Shown: positions 48,202 to 56,753 of the stretch, piece by piece
Position numbering within the stretch: position 1 is the stretch's first letter
Layout of the letters: every line of letters begins with the position of its first letter
Program-made: the position numbers and the translations under genes
Notes under the pieces: generated by a model
What the model was told of the DNA's origin: nothing
Database searches by the model: none
The model's input: only the letters and a program-made list of their open reading frames with translations
Origin: an uncultured Verrucomicrobiae bacterium
GTDB lineage: Bacteria; Verrucomicrobiota; Verrucomicrobiia; Limisphaerales; Palsa-1400
Reading direction: 5' to 3'
Assembly: GCA_963707025.1 (NCBI GenBank)
Contig: CAVPOM010000005.1
Span: 384,001 to 448,000 of the forward strand
Length of the DNA: 64,000 nt

Positions 48202-49911
48202 ATGAAGACAACAATTCATATCCATCGCTTGGAAAGCAAAGACAGCACCAACAGCACCAACAGCACCAACAACGCAGCGGGAGTCTCCGGACTGCATTCC
48301 GGAAGGCCAGGGCGCACAACCGCGCTCATCGGCGCCACCGCCGCGGCCCTTCTGCTCGCCGCCCACCTGGCCCAGGCGGGCGAGGACCGTGACCCGAAAC
48401 ATGTGGGCGCCATCTTCGTCATCGCGCTGGAGAATCACAACTTGACCCAGCCCAGCCCGGCTTCCAGTCCGCAACAAATTCTCGGCAATCCGGCTGCGCC
48501 CTTCATCAACAGTCTCATGACGCCAGGCAACCCGAATGCGGCGCAGGTTTCCTATGCCGCGGCCTACTATAACGCTGGCATCGGCGTCCATCCCTCCGAG
48601 CCTAATTATGTCTGGGCCGAAGCAGGGACGGACTTTGGGTTTCACTCCGATGCCGACCCCAGCCCGGCCAATGGCAATAGGTTCTACGATAATTCACCCC
48701 AACTCATCAGCCAATTGACCGCCGATGGCAACACCGTGATGTTCTGGCATCGCAACGATACCCCCCACCTCACCGGGCAATTGAACGCGGCCGGCATTCC
48801 ATGGAAAAACTACCAGGAAGACGTTGAACTGAGCGCCAGCCCGACTAACAGCGCCTCGGGCACCACCGGCCCGGTCAACCCCTATAACGCCACGACCCAA
48901 TACAATTACGCCGTCAAACACAACCCGATGGCCTTCTTCAGCGACACCGCCTTCCTGAACGTCTATCCGCTGGCCCAGCTCTTCCTGGACCTCGCCAGCA
49001 ACTCGGTCGGGCGCTACAATTGGATCACGCCCGATCAATATAACGAAGCCCATAGCTCGCTCACCGGCGGGTTCACTTATCAGGGCATCCATTATTCCGG
49101 CGACCAGTCCGCCATTGCGGCCGCGGACAACTTCCTGGCCATCGTCCTCCCGCAAATCATGGCCTCGCCGGCCTACCAGGACAATGGCGTCATCATCCTG
49201 TGGTGGGATGAAACCGAAACCGGCGACAACACCAGCTTCACCATTCCCGAGATCATCATCTCCCCTCTGGCCAAGGGCAACGCTTACGCCAGCACCGTGC
49301 CGATGAACCATTCCTCCGACCTCAAAACCATGGAGGAAATCTTCGGCCTGCCCGCTGTCAATAATCCCATCCCCCTGGCCGAGACCAATTCCGGCGGCGG
49401 TTTCAACAACGTGGCGACCGTCAACGACTTGAGCGACCTGTTCATGCCCGGTGCCATCCCGGCTCCCCTGAACTTGGAAGTGACGGGCGATGGTTTCGTG
49501 ATGAAGGGCAACTCGGGGCACGTCTCGCAAAAGGTGCTCATCACCAACAACGGCGACACTCCGGCCCCCGCCCCCTTGTTCCTCGTGCTGGATGACCTCA
49601 GCGCCAACGCCACCCTGCTCAATTCAGACGGCGCGACGGGCGTGCTGGCCCCCCTCGGCAGCCCTTACGTCAGAGTTCACAGCGACGGCCACGGCCACGA
49701 CCAGGACGACGTCCTGCGTCCCCATGAAACCGCCACCGTGACCCTGGAGTTCCTCGACCCCAGCGGCGATGCCATAAGCTACAGCGCGCGCGTGCTCAAC
49801 GTCACGCCGGCGCCTTGCGCCGGCCGCCTCGCCCGGATTGCGGCGGTGTTATTGGCATTCTTCACGGGGGCCGGCCTTGCGCCGGCCCCCTTCGCTTTTT
49901 CGCCAAAATAA
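48202..49911 (+). CDS. Secreted phosphoesterase (acid phosphatase/phospholipase C, alkaline-phosphatase superfamily)
   Basis: IFVIALENH, HPSEPNY, WKNYQED, YAVKHNP, WITPDQYNEAH, WWDE and NHSSDLKT; (AGCACCAAC)x3 in the N-terminal leader. Confidence 0.88.
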   Translation: MKTTIHIHRLESKDSTNSTNSTNNAAGVSGLHSGRPGRTTALIGATAAALLLAAHLAQAGEDRDPKHVGAIFVIALENHNLTQPSPASSPQQILGNPAAPFINSLMTPGNPNAAQVSYAAAYYNAGIGVHPSEPNYVWAEAGTDFGFHSDADPSPANGNRFYDNSPQLISQLTADGNTVMFWHRNDTPHLTGQLNAAGIPWKNYQEDVELSASPTNSASGTTGPVNPYNATTQYNYAVKHNPMAFFSDTAFLNVYPLAQLFLDLASNSVGRYNWITPDQYNEAHSSLTGGFTYQGIHYSGDQSAIAAADNFLAIVLPQIMASPAYQDNGVIILWWDETETGDNTSFTIPEIIISPLAKGNAYASTVPMNHSSDLKTMEEIFGLPAVNNPIPLAETNSGGGFNNVATVNDLSDLFMPGAIPAPLNLEVTGDGFVMKGNSGHVSQKVLITNNGDTPAPAPLFLVLDDLSANATLLNSDGATGVLAPLGSPYVRVHSDGHGHDQDDVLRPHETATVTLEFLDPSGDAISYSARVLNVTPAPCAGRLARIAAVLLAFFTGAGLAPAPFAFSPK

Positions 49912-50082
49912 AGGAAAGGGAATCGGGTCGCCCATTGTTTCGTCTTGCGGCGCGCAACAGCCGTGCTTGACAAATCAAGCCCCGCCTGATAAAATCAAAC
50001 CATCCCGTGAAAGAGTCGCAGCGGACATCTAGTGCAACCCGCCGCGGGATGGCGGGATAGGGCGATGAAATAAAAACCATGC

Positions 50083-51516
50083 ATGAATGGCATGAGATTC
50101 CAAAAGTTAAAACGTTTGATTTGGATCGGATTGTGCCCCGCCGCAGGCCTGATCTTCGTGGCCTGCAACAAAACCGACGCATCCAAAAGCCCAGGCGAAA
50201 CCATGCCGCTGACGCGTCTGGATTGGAACCTGAAAATCCTGGTTGAGGCCTACCAAAAATCCGGCCACGCCAACCCAAAATGGGATGTCCCGGCCGAGCG
50301 CGCCCTGACGGAATATGCCAACGCCCGATCCCAAACCACAGAATCCAACGAGAATTGGGGGGCGATTATTTCCAACAATTGCAGCGCCGCTCTGGAGGCG
50401 GGTTGTGATGACCCGATGATTCATCTTTTGCACGTCCGCTTTGGCATGGACCAGACCGGCAGCAGGCAGTCCTTTGCCGAGGCGTTTCGCGTGGCGGCAT
50501 TGGACATGGAGGCCAGTCCCTATCCGGACATCCTGAAATTTGACGCCTGGCTGCGCGAGGGACGACAAGCCATCTATACCTATGGTTACGGCACGAATAT
50601 CCCCGTGGAAGTGGCCCGGCTGGAAATATGGCCGCATGCCGAAACCAATCTTTTGGCGGCGCTCTCAGACCGGACGATGCCACCGGAGGAGGCTTACAAT
50701 GCCTGCCATGCCCTTCTGGAGGAATGGAAAGGCAACGCGGATCATTACGCGGAGCTGTATCACAGCATGGAAAAGCGGTTTCCCGGCCCTTGGAAAAACG
50801 AGCCTGTCATCCTGCTCTTAAAAGGCGAGGCTTGCATCGAAATGGCCTGGCACGCGCGAGGCTCGGGCTATGCCAATACGGTCACGGGCGCGGGTTGGAA
50901 ATTGTTTCGCGAGCGTCTCGCCGCAGCCGAGGCGGCCTTGACCAAAGCCTGGCAGCTCAATGCGCACGACCCTCGCATCGCTGTCAAAATGATGAAAGTG
51001 GAACTGGGGCAGGGCCAGGGCCGGGACCGGATGGAACTCTGGTTCCTCCGCGCCATGGAACTGGACCCCAATGACTACGACGCCTGCAATTCCAAACTTT
51101 GGTACCTCGAACCCAAATGGTACGGCTCGGTGTCCGACATGCTGGCCTTTGGACGCGAATGCGTCCAGAACCAGCAATGGGGCGGCCACGTTCCCCTCAT
51201 CCTGCTCGATGCCCACCTGGCCATCCAACAGGAGTTCGCCGACCCTGCGGAGAAAACCAATTATTGGACGCAGCCCAAGGTCTGGCTGGATCTCAAAGAT
51301 GCCTTTGACCGCTTCTTTGAACTCAATCCGGGCGAAACCAGTTGGTATCACAACTATGCCTGGTTCGCCTGGCAGGCAGGGCAGTGGGCCACTCTCAACA
51401 ACCTGATCCCCAAACTCGCGCCGGTGAATTACGATTACTTCGGCGGCAAGGATAAATTCGAGACCATGCTCACCCTGGCTAAAGAGCACGCCGGCGAAAC
51501 CAAGGCGAAAGATTAG
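50083..51516 (+). CDS. DUF4034-like helical protein, probable lipoprotein
   Basis: Lipobox-like LIFVAC; AWHARGSGYANTV...FRERL and YLEPKWYGS motifs. Confidence 0.7.
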   Translation: MNGMRFQKLKRLIWIGLCPAAGLIFVACNKTDASKSPGETMPLTRLDWNLKILVEAYQKSGHANPKWDVPAERALTEYANARSQTTESNENWGAIISNNCSAALEAGCDDPMIHLLHVRFGMDQTGSRQSFAEAFRVAALDMEASPYPDILKFDAWLREGRQAIYTYGYGTNIPVEVARLEIWPHAETNLLAALSDRTMPPEEAYNACHALLEEWKGNADHYAELYHSMEKRFPGPWKNEPVILLLKGEACIEMAWHARGSGYANTVTGAGWKLFRERLAAAEAALTKAWQLNAHDPRIAVKMMKVELGQGQGRDRMELWFLRAMELDPNDYDACNSKLWYLEPKWYGSVSDMLAFGRECVQNQQWGGHVPLILLDAHLAIQQEFADPAEKTNYWTQPKVWLDLKDAFDRFFELNPGETSWYHNYAWFAWQAGQWATLNNLIPKLAPVNYDYFGGKDKFETMLTLAKEHAGETKAKD

Positions 51517-51640
51517 GGCGCTTTAAGAAATTGTGCAGCCCTAAATGAAGATGGCAGCGCGCGCGGTGCGCATTTGACTTTTCTTGGCGATTCTTTGCCT
51601 CGGGCAGGATTTCCGCGATTCAAACAATTGCAAACTGGCC

Positions 51641-51723
51641 ATTGAGAATTGGTCATTTGTCATCGCAATCCGCCCAACGTCTTCCCATAACCAATAACAC
51701 ATCTTCCATGACCAATTCTCAAT
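51641..51723. repeat. Perfect 16-bp inverted repeat with a 51-nt spacer
   Basis: ATTGAGAATTGGTCAT (51641-56) and ATGACCAATTCTCAAT (51708-23). Confidence 0.8.
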
Positions 51724-51747
51724 CGAGCGATCCCAAGGCGCCTCTCA

Positions 51748-51835
51748 CTTTTTGGACAGTTCCCAGGTGGGGACCCCCGGTGCGGCGTCCACGTCGGCGC
51801 AGCGCCGCGAGCCTGCTAAAAACTGAGATGTGCCC
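51748..51835. repeat. Dispersed ~90-bp REP/MITE-like element, family B, copy 2
   Basis: Similar to 22947-23033; imperfect terminal inverted repeat CTCACTTTTT...AAAAACTGAG. Confidence 0.7.
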
Positions 51836-51901
51836 GCGCCCGAGGTTGCGCCAGGGAAGAGGCCGCCATCCACTCGCAACGCCTGGGCACAGGGGAGAAC
51901 G

Positions 51902-52106
51902 GCCCCGCCAGTAGGGAGCGCCAGCCGGGGAACCGATTCCCTAAATCCCGCCGGCGGGCCGTCTCCGAATCCAAAAAACCGGCGCCATGCCCGGTGAAGC
52001 TGACGCCCGGCACACGGCGGCAAACTCTCCCCCGCACATGGCATGACTTATGCAAAAGCTCCCGGCGAGAACGATGCCAGGTGTTCTGCAAGGATCATCA
52101 GTGGGC
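51902..52106 (+). promoter_or_regulatory. Sigma54 promoter with upstream activator site for the gvpN operon, copy 2 of the duplicated element
   Basis: TGGCATGACTTATGCA at 52039-52054, identical to copy 1; GGGAA-ccga-TTCCC at 51928-51941; shared GCCCCGCCAGTAGGGAGCGC. Confidence 0.85.
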
Positions 52107-52135
52107 AGCAATAATCTAAACAATCGCGTTTCCGC

Positions 52136-53176
52136 ATGAATGTTCGCAACGCCAAAGCGCCCGGAAGCGAAAGGGCGGAAACCGCCCCCGACACTTTTTT
52201 GCCCGAACCAAGCCATGGATTTGTCACCACGCCCTTTGTCGAGCAGATCGCCCGGCGGGCGCTGACCTATCTGCAAGCCGGCTATCCCATCCATTTCGCC
52301 GGCGCCGCCGGCACGGGCAAGACCACGGTGGCCTTTCATGTGGCCGCCCAACTGGGCCGGCCGGTCTCCCTCATCCACGGGGACGATGACTTCGGCAGTT
52401 CGGACCTCGTCGGCCAGGACAGCGGCTACCGCAAGCACAAGGTCATTGACAACTACATCCATTCGGTCGTGAAAACGGAGGAGGAGATGAAGTCACTCTG
52501 GCTGGAAAACCGCCTCACCACCGCCTGCCAGGACGGGGACACGCTGATCTACGACGAATTCAACCGCTCCCGGCCTGAAGCCAACAATCCGTTCCTGAGC
52601 ATCTTTTCCGAACGCATCCTCAACCTGCCCAAGCTGCGCCGCTCCGGCGGCGGCTACCTCCAGGTCCATCCGCAATTCCGCGCCATCTTCACCTCCAATC
52701 CGGAAGAATACGCGGGGGTCCATAAAACCCAGGACGCCTTGATGGACCGCTTGATCACCATTCCACTGGAACACTACGACCGGCAGACGGAGATTGAGAT
52801 CACCGTCGCCCGCTCCGGCATTGGCCAGGCCGATGCCGAAATCATCGTGGACCTGGTGCGCCGGCTCCGGCGCGTCGGCCTGAGCAACAGCCGCCCGACC
52901 ATCCGCGCCTGCATCGCCATCGCCCGCGTGCTGACGCTGCGCGGCGTCCATGCCCAGCCGGAGGATGCCATCTTCCAATGGGCCTGCCGGGATGTGCTCA
53001 GCTCGGAATCGGCCAAGGTGACTCGCGACGGCCGCTCGATCATGCCCGACAAGGTGGAGGAAGCTTTGCTCGCGGGGCTGCGCGCCGCCCCGGCTCCCGT
53101 CCCGCCCATTTCCCGGCCCCGCCCGCGCCAGGCCCACCAGAAAGGAAACGGCGAATGCCTCCTGCAAAACGCATAA
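52136..53176 (+). CDS. gvpN: Gas vesicle AAA+ ATPase GvpN
   Basis: GAAGTGKTT, IDNYIHSVVKTEE, LIYDEFNRSRPEANN and TSNPEEYAGVHKTQDALMDR. Confidence 0.96.
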   Translation: MNVRNAKAPGSERAETAPDTFLPEPSHGFVTTPFVEQIARRALTYLQAGYPIHFAGAAGTGKTTVAFHVAAQLGRPVSLIHGDDDFGSSDLVGQDSGYRKHKVIDNYIHSVVKTEEEMKSLWLENRLTTACQDGDTLIYDEFNRSRPEANNPFLSIFSERILNLPKLRRSGGGYLQVHPQFRAIFTSNPEEYAGVHKTQDALMDRLITIPLEHYDRQTEIEITVARSGIGQADAEIIVDLVRRLRRVGLSNSRPTIRACIAIARVLTLRGVHAQPEDAIFQWACRDVLSSESAKVTRDGRSIMPDKVEEALLAGLRAAPAPVPPISRPRPRQAHQKGNGECLLQNA

Positions 53177-53490
53177 TTCGCGGCGTCAAAGACATCCGCA
53201 CCCGCTCCGGCACGCCCGGCCAGGTGGTCGTCCCTTACAAGACCTACATGGCCATCACCGCCTTGGAGATGGAAAAATTCCGGCGCGAAACCGAGCGCGA
53301 CAACCTGAGGCTGCGCTTGGACAACGTCAACGCCCGCCTCCAAACTGTGGCCTCGGATAAAGCGGCCCTGTTGCAGCGCCTCGGCCACCAATCAGCGGGG
53401 CGGCCCGGCCGGCGGCCGATCAAATCCTCCCGGCCGATCCGGGATGGCCGCGCGGCGGGCCAGGCCGGCGCATTCAAATTCCAGTATTGA
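53155..53490 (+). CDS. GvpV-like coiled-coil gas vesicle protein
   Basis: Follows and overlaps gvpN; YMAITALEMEKFRRETER coiled coil and C-terminal FKFQY. Confidence 0.65.
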   Translation: MPPAKRIIRGVKDIRTRSGTPGQVVVPYKTYMAITALEMEKFRRETERDNLRLRLDNVNARLQTVASDKAALLQRLGHQSAGRPGRRPIKSSRPIRDGRAAGQAGAFKFQY

Positions 53491-53514
53491 CAATCGCGCC
53501 GCCGCGCCACAGCC

Positions 53515-54294
53515 ATGAACACGCCTTCCGAACCCGGCCCGCTCCAGGGGGGAGAATACCTGTATGCCATCGCGGCCCTGGACAAGGACCGCGCCTGCGA
53601 TGTGGCGGGCATTGACGGCGCCCCCGTCTATAGTGTCCACTGTGGCCGGGTGACGGCGGTGGTGAGCAAATGCGCCCGCCAAAAACTGCGCCCGGAACGC
53701 GCCCACCTGGCGGCGCACAAAGCAGTCCTCCAGCGCCTGATGCTGGACAGCACCGTCCTGCCGATGGCCTTCGGCACCATTGCCGGCGACCTGAAAGCGG
53801 TCCGGCGGTTGCTGGCGCTCAACCAGGAAGTTTTTCTCGAACAACTGGAACGTCTGGCCGGCAAGGTCGAGATGGGCGTGCGCGTCAAGTGGGACGTGCC
53901 CAACATCTTCGAGTATTTTGTTGATATCCACCCCGAATTGCGCCTCTTGCGCGACCGTTTGCTGGGGACCCGGCGCGAACCCCGCCAGGAAGACCGGATG
54001 GAACTGGGGCAACTCTTCGCCCGCATCCTGGACGAAGACCGCGAAGCCCATGCTGCCAGCCTGGAGGAGGCCCTCGCGCCCTGCTGCGCCGAAATCAAGC
54101 GCTCGCCTCTCCGCAACCTCAACGAGGTGGCCAATCTCAATTGCCTGGCCGGGCGCAACGGGCAACGGCAACTGGAAGGGGCCGTTTTCCGGGCCGCCAG
54201 CCTGTTTGACAACAACTACGCCTTTGATCTCAACGGACCGTGGGCGCCGCACAATTTCGTCGAGCTGGACCTCCAACTCGATGGCCAAAGCTGA
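53515..54294 (+). CDS. gvpF: GvpF/GvpL family gas vesicle protein
   Basis: YLYAI, LAAHKAVL, VLPMAFGT, KVEMGVRV and GPWAPHNFV; lies directly upstream of gvpG. Confidence 0.88.
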   Translation: MNTPSEPGPLQGGEYLYAIAALDKDRACDVAGIDGAPVYSVHCGRVTAVVSKCARQKLRPERAHLAAHKAVLQRLMLDSTVLPMAFGTIAGDLKAVRRLLALNQEVFLEQLERLAGKVEMGVRVKWDVPNIFEYFVDIHPELRLLRDRLLGTRREPRQEDRMELGQLFARILDEDREAHAASLEEALAPCCAEIKRSPLRNLNEVANLNCLAGRNGQRQLEGAVFRAASLFDNNYAFDLNGPWAPHNFVELDLQLDGQS

Positions 54295-54306
54295 AGCGGA
54301 TGCCCC

Positions 54307-54564
54307 ATGCTGCTCCTGGACAAACTCCTGTTCTCTCCCGTCGGCGCCACCATCTGGGCGGCCCGCCAGGTCCAGCACGCCATCCAGCAAGAACAAGCCG
54401 CCGCACCGGAGCGCATTACCGCCGACTTGAGCGAGCTTTACATGATGCTGGAAACAGGCCGGCTGGGCGAAGCGGAATTTAACGCCCGCGAAAAGGAACT
54501 GCTCGATCGCTTGGACCGGATTGAGGAGCGGGAAAACGGCTCCAACCAGGCCAGCTCCGCATGA
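54307..54564 (+). CDS. gvpG: Gas vesicle protein GvpG
   Basis: MLLLDKLLFSPV...W...L.ELYMMLETGRL.E.EF..RE.ELLDRL. Confidence 0.93.
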   Translation: MLLLDKLLFSPVGATIWAARQVQHAIQQEQAAAPERITADLSELYMMLETGRLGEAEFNAREKELLDRLDRIEERENGSNQASSA

Positions 54565-56753
54565 GCGCGCCGGCCCCATCCTTCCTGGCGGACCAGCGGC
54601 TTGGACTCCTGCTCTTCGGCGGCAAGGGCGGCGTGGGAAAAACTTCCTGCGCCACGGCGACCGCGCTGCAACTGGCCAGGGCCTTTCCAGGAGCCGCCTT
54701 TCTTCTCGTATCCACCGATCCGGCCCACTCCGTGATGGACAGCCTGGCCGGAGCCGTGCCGCCGCCCAACTTGCAGGTCACCGAACTGGACGCCCGGGCC
54801 TGCCTGGCCGCCTTCAAAGCCCGGCATGCTCCCAAGCTCTGCGCCATTGCCTCGCGCGGGACCTTTCTCGACCAGGACGACATCAGCCGCTTTTTGGACC
54901 TTTCCCTGCCGGGATTGGACGAACTGATGGCGGCGCTGGAAATTGCCGCCTGGGTCGCCGCCCGGCGTTACCAAACCATCCTGGTGGACACCGCCCCCAC
55001 CGGCCACACTCTCCGCCTGCTCGCCATGCCCGCCTTGCTCCACAACTGGCTCGGAGCTTTGGACGCCTTGCTGGCCAAACACCGCTATCTGAGCAAGCTG
55101 TTCCGCGGCGCGGTTCATCGCGACGAAATTGACGCCTTCCTGGAGGGGCTGGCCGGCTCTGTCAAACAGATGGAAGCCCTCCTCCGGGATGCCAGGCGCA
55201 GCCGCTTTGTGCCCGTCATGCTGGCCGAAGAAATGAGCCTCGGCGAAACCCGCTCCCTCCTGGCCGAACTGAAACGCGCCCAGGTGCCGGTCAACGACAT
55301 CATTGTCAACCGGCTGTTGCCGGAAAATGAATGCCCGGTCTGCGCTGACGGACGGGTCCAGCAAAGCCGCGTCCTGAGCCGGATATTCAGCAGCCGCGCT
55401 TTATCCCGCCACTCCTGGTGGGGCGTGCCTCTGTATCCCAGGGAAGTTTGTGGAGCCGGGGGCCTTCTGGCGTTTTGGGGAGGATTGACGCGCCTGGCCA
55501 AAAGACCGGCCTGTCCTGCAACACCCATTCCTCCGAAGCTGGACATTTCCTACCCGTGCCCGAATCCAGCGGCTGGCATCCCGTTGCAGTCGGGACCGGC
55601 CGCAACGAGCGACGACTTGCTGCTTTCCCATGCAGTTTTTTTACAGAATGAAACCTCCGCAAAACGCGCGTCCACCCTTGTAGCGGCGGTCTATGACCGC
55701 CGCAAACCAGGGGAAATAACCGAATGGCGGCGCTCACAAGCCGCCGCTACAGGCGTCTTGCAGGAGTCGCAGAATGAGTGGCCGCCAGCTTCTGCCAGCG
55801 CAGCGGCCCGCCTGCCCGGCGAAAAATCGTTGCTGCTCTTCGCCGGCAAAGGCGGCGTGGGCAAGACCACGCTGGCCTGCGCCACCGCGCTGCGTTTGGC
55901 CCGGGACTCGCCCGCCGGCGAGGTGCTGCTTTTTTCCACCGACCCCGCTCACTCGCTGGCCGGCTGTCTGGGAGCGCCGGTCGGCCCGGCGTCAAAACGG
56001 ATTTGTCCCGGCCTGGCGGCGCTGGAGATGGACGCCGCGGCCGAATTTCGCGCCCTGAAGCAACTTTACAGCCAGGAGTTGCAGTCCTTCCTCCGCTCCC
56101 TTTTGCCCGAAATGGACCTGGCCTATGACCGGCCGGCCATGGAACACATCGTGGACCTTTCGCCGCCGGGGCTGGACGAAGTCATGGCCCTGACCCGGGT
56201 AATGGACCTGTGCGATCAACACCAGTACCGCACCCTGGTGCTGGACTGCGCCCCCACCGGCCATCTCATCCGCCTGCTGGAAATGCCGGAATTGGTGGAC
56301 GGCTGGTTGAAGGCCTTTTTCGGCCTGTTCCTCAAATACAAACACATTTTTCGCCTGCCCAAAGTGTCGCAGCGGTTGGTGGACATCTCCAAAGCCCTCA
56401 AACGCCTGCGCGCGCTCCTGGCCGATCCGGCTCGGTGCGCTCTCTGCGCCGTGGCCATCCTTACCGACATGGCCTTTGCAGAAACCAAGGACCTGTTGGC
56501 GACCTGCCAGCGCCTGCGCGTCAGCCCGCCGGTGCTCTTCCTCAATCTGGCCACCCCGGCCGGCGGCTGCCCCTTGTGCTCCGCCCTGCGGCGCCGCGAG
56601 TCCATTATCCAACAAAAATTTCAGCGGGCCTTCCCCGCGGCGGCGCAAGTCCTGGTTTATCGGCGTGGCGAGCCTCGCGGTTTGGCGCGCCTTGGGGAAC
56701 TGGGCCAGGCGCTCTACGCCGCCCCGGCAACAATGGAGATGTGCCATGCGTGA
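54561..56753 (+). CDS. Tandem (pseudodimeric) ArsA/Get3-family ATPase within the gvp operon
   Basis: Two copies each of GKGGVGKT, STDPAHS, PGLDE and D(T/C)APTGH; CxxC motifs (CPVC, CPLC); overlaps gvpG and the next gene. Confidence 0.92.
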   Translation: MSAPAPSFLADQRLGLLLFGGKGGVGKTSCATATALQLARAFPGAAFLLVSTDPAHSVMDSLAGAVPPPNLQVTELDARACLAAFKARHAPKLCAIASRGTFLDQDDISRFLDLSLPGLDELMAALEIAAWVAARRYQTILVDTAPTGHTLRLLAMPALLHNWLGALDALLAKHRYLSKLFRGAVHRDEIDAFLEGLAGSVKQMEALLRDARRSRFVPVMLAEEMSLGETRSLLAELKRAQVPVNDIIVNRLLPENECPVCADGRVQQSRVLSRIFSSRALSRHSWWGVPLYPREVCGAGGLLAFWGGLTRLAKRPACPATPIPPKLDISYPCPNPAAGIPLQSGPAATSDDLLLSHAVFLQNETSAKRASTLVAAVYDRRKPGEITEWRRSQAAATGVLQESQNEWPPASASAAARLPGEKSLLLFAGKGGVGKTTLACATALRLARDSPAGEVLLFSTDPAHSLAGCLGAPVGPASKRICPGLAALEMDAAAEFRALKQLYSQELQSFLRSLLPEMDLAYDRPAMEHIVDLSPPGLDEVMALTRVMDLCDQHQYRTLVLDCAPTGHLIRLLEMPELVDGWLKAFFGLFLKYKHIFRLPKVSQRLVDISKALKRLRALLADPARCALCAVAILTDMAFAETKDLLATCQRLRVSPPVLFLNLATPAGGCPLCSALRRRESIIQQKFQRAFPAAAQVLVYRRGEPRGLARLGELGQALYAAPATMEMCHA
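55679..55751. repeat. GTAG-family REP doublet, family A, lying inside the ArsA-like gene linker without breaking the frame
   Basis: TGTAGCGGCGGTCTATGACCGCCGCAAACCAGGGGAA...GGCGGCGCTCACAAGCCGCCGCTACA; translated as VAAVYDRRKPGEITEWRRSQAAAT. Confidence 0.85.

Noticed and set aside
48244..48270. (AGCACCAAC)x3, and a 9-mer triplet at ~47700-47727, as phase-variation tracts
   Set aside because: Only three units, and 9-bp units preserve frame; likely simple slippage.
54561..56753. Arsenic resistance operon (ArsA here plus ArsR at 63 kb)
   Set aside because: No arsB, acr3, arsC or arsD; the ATPase overlaps gvp genes and the ArsR is paired with a rhodanese.
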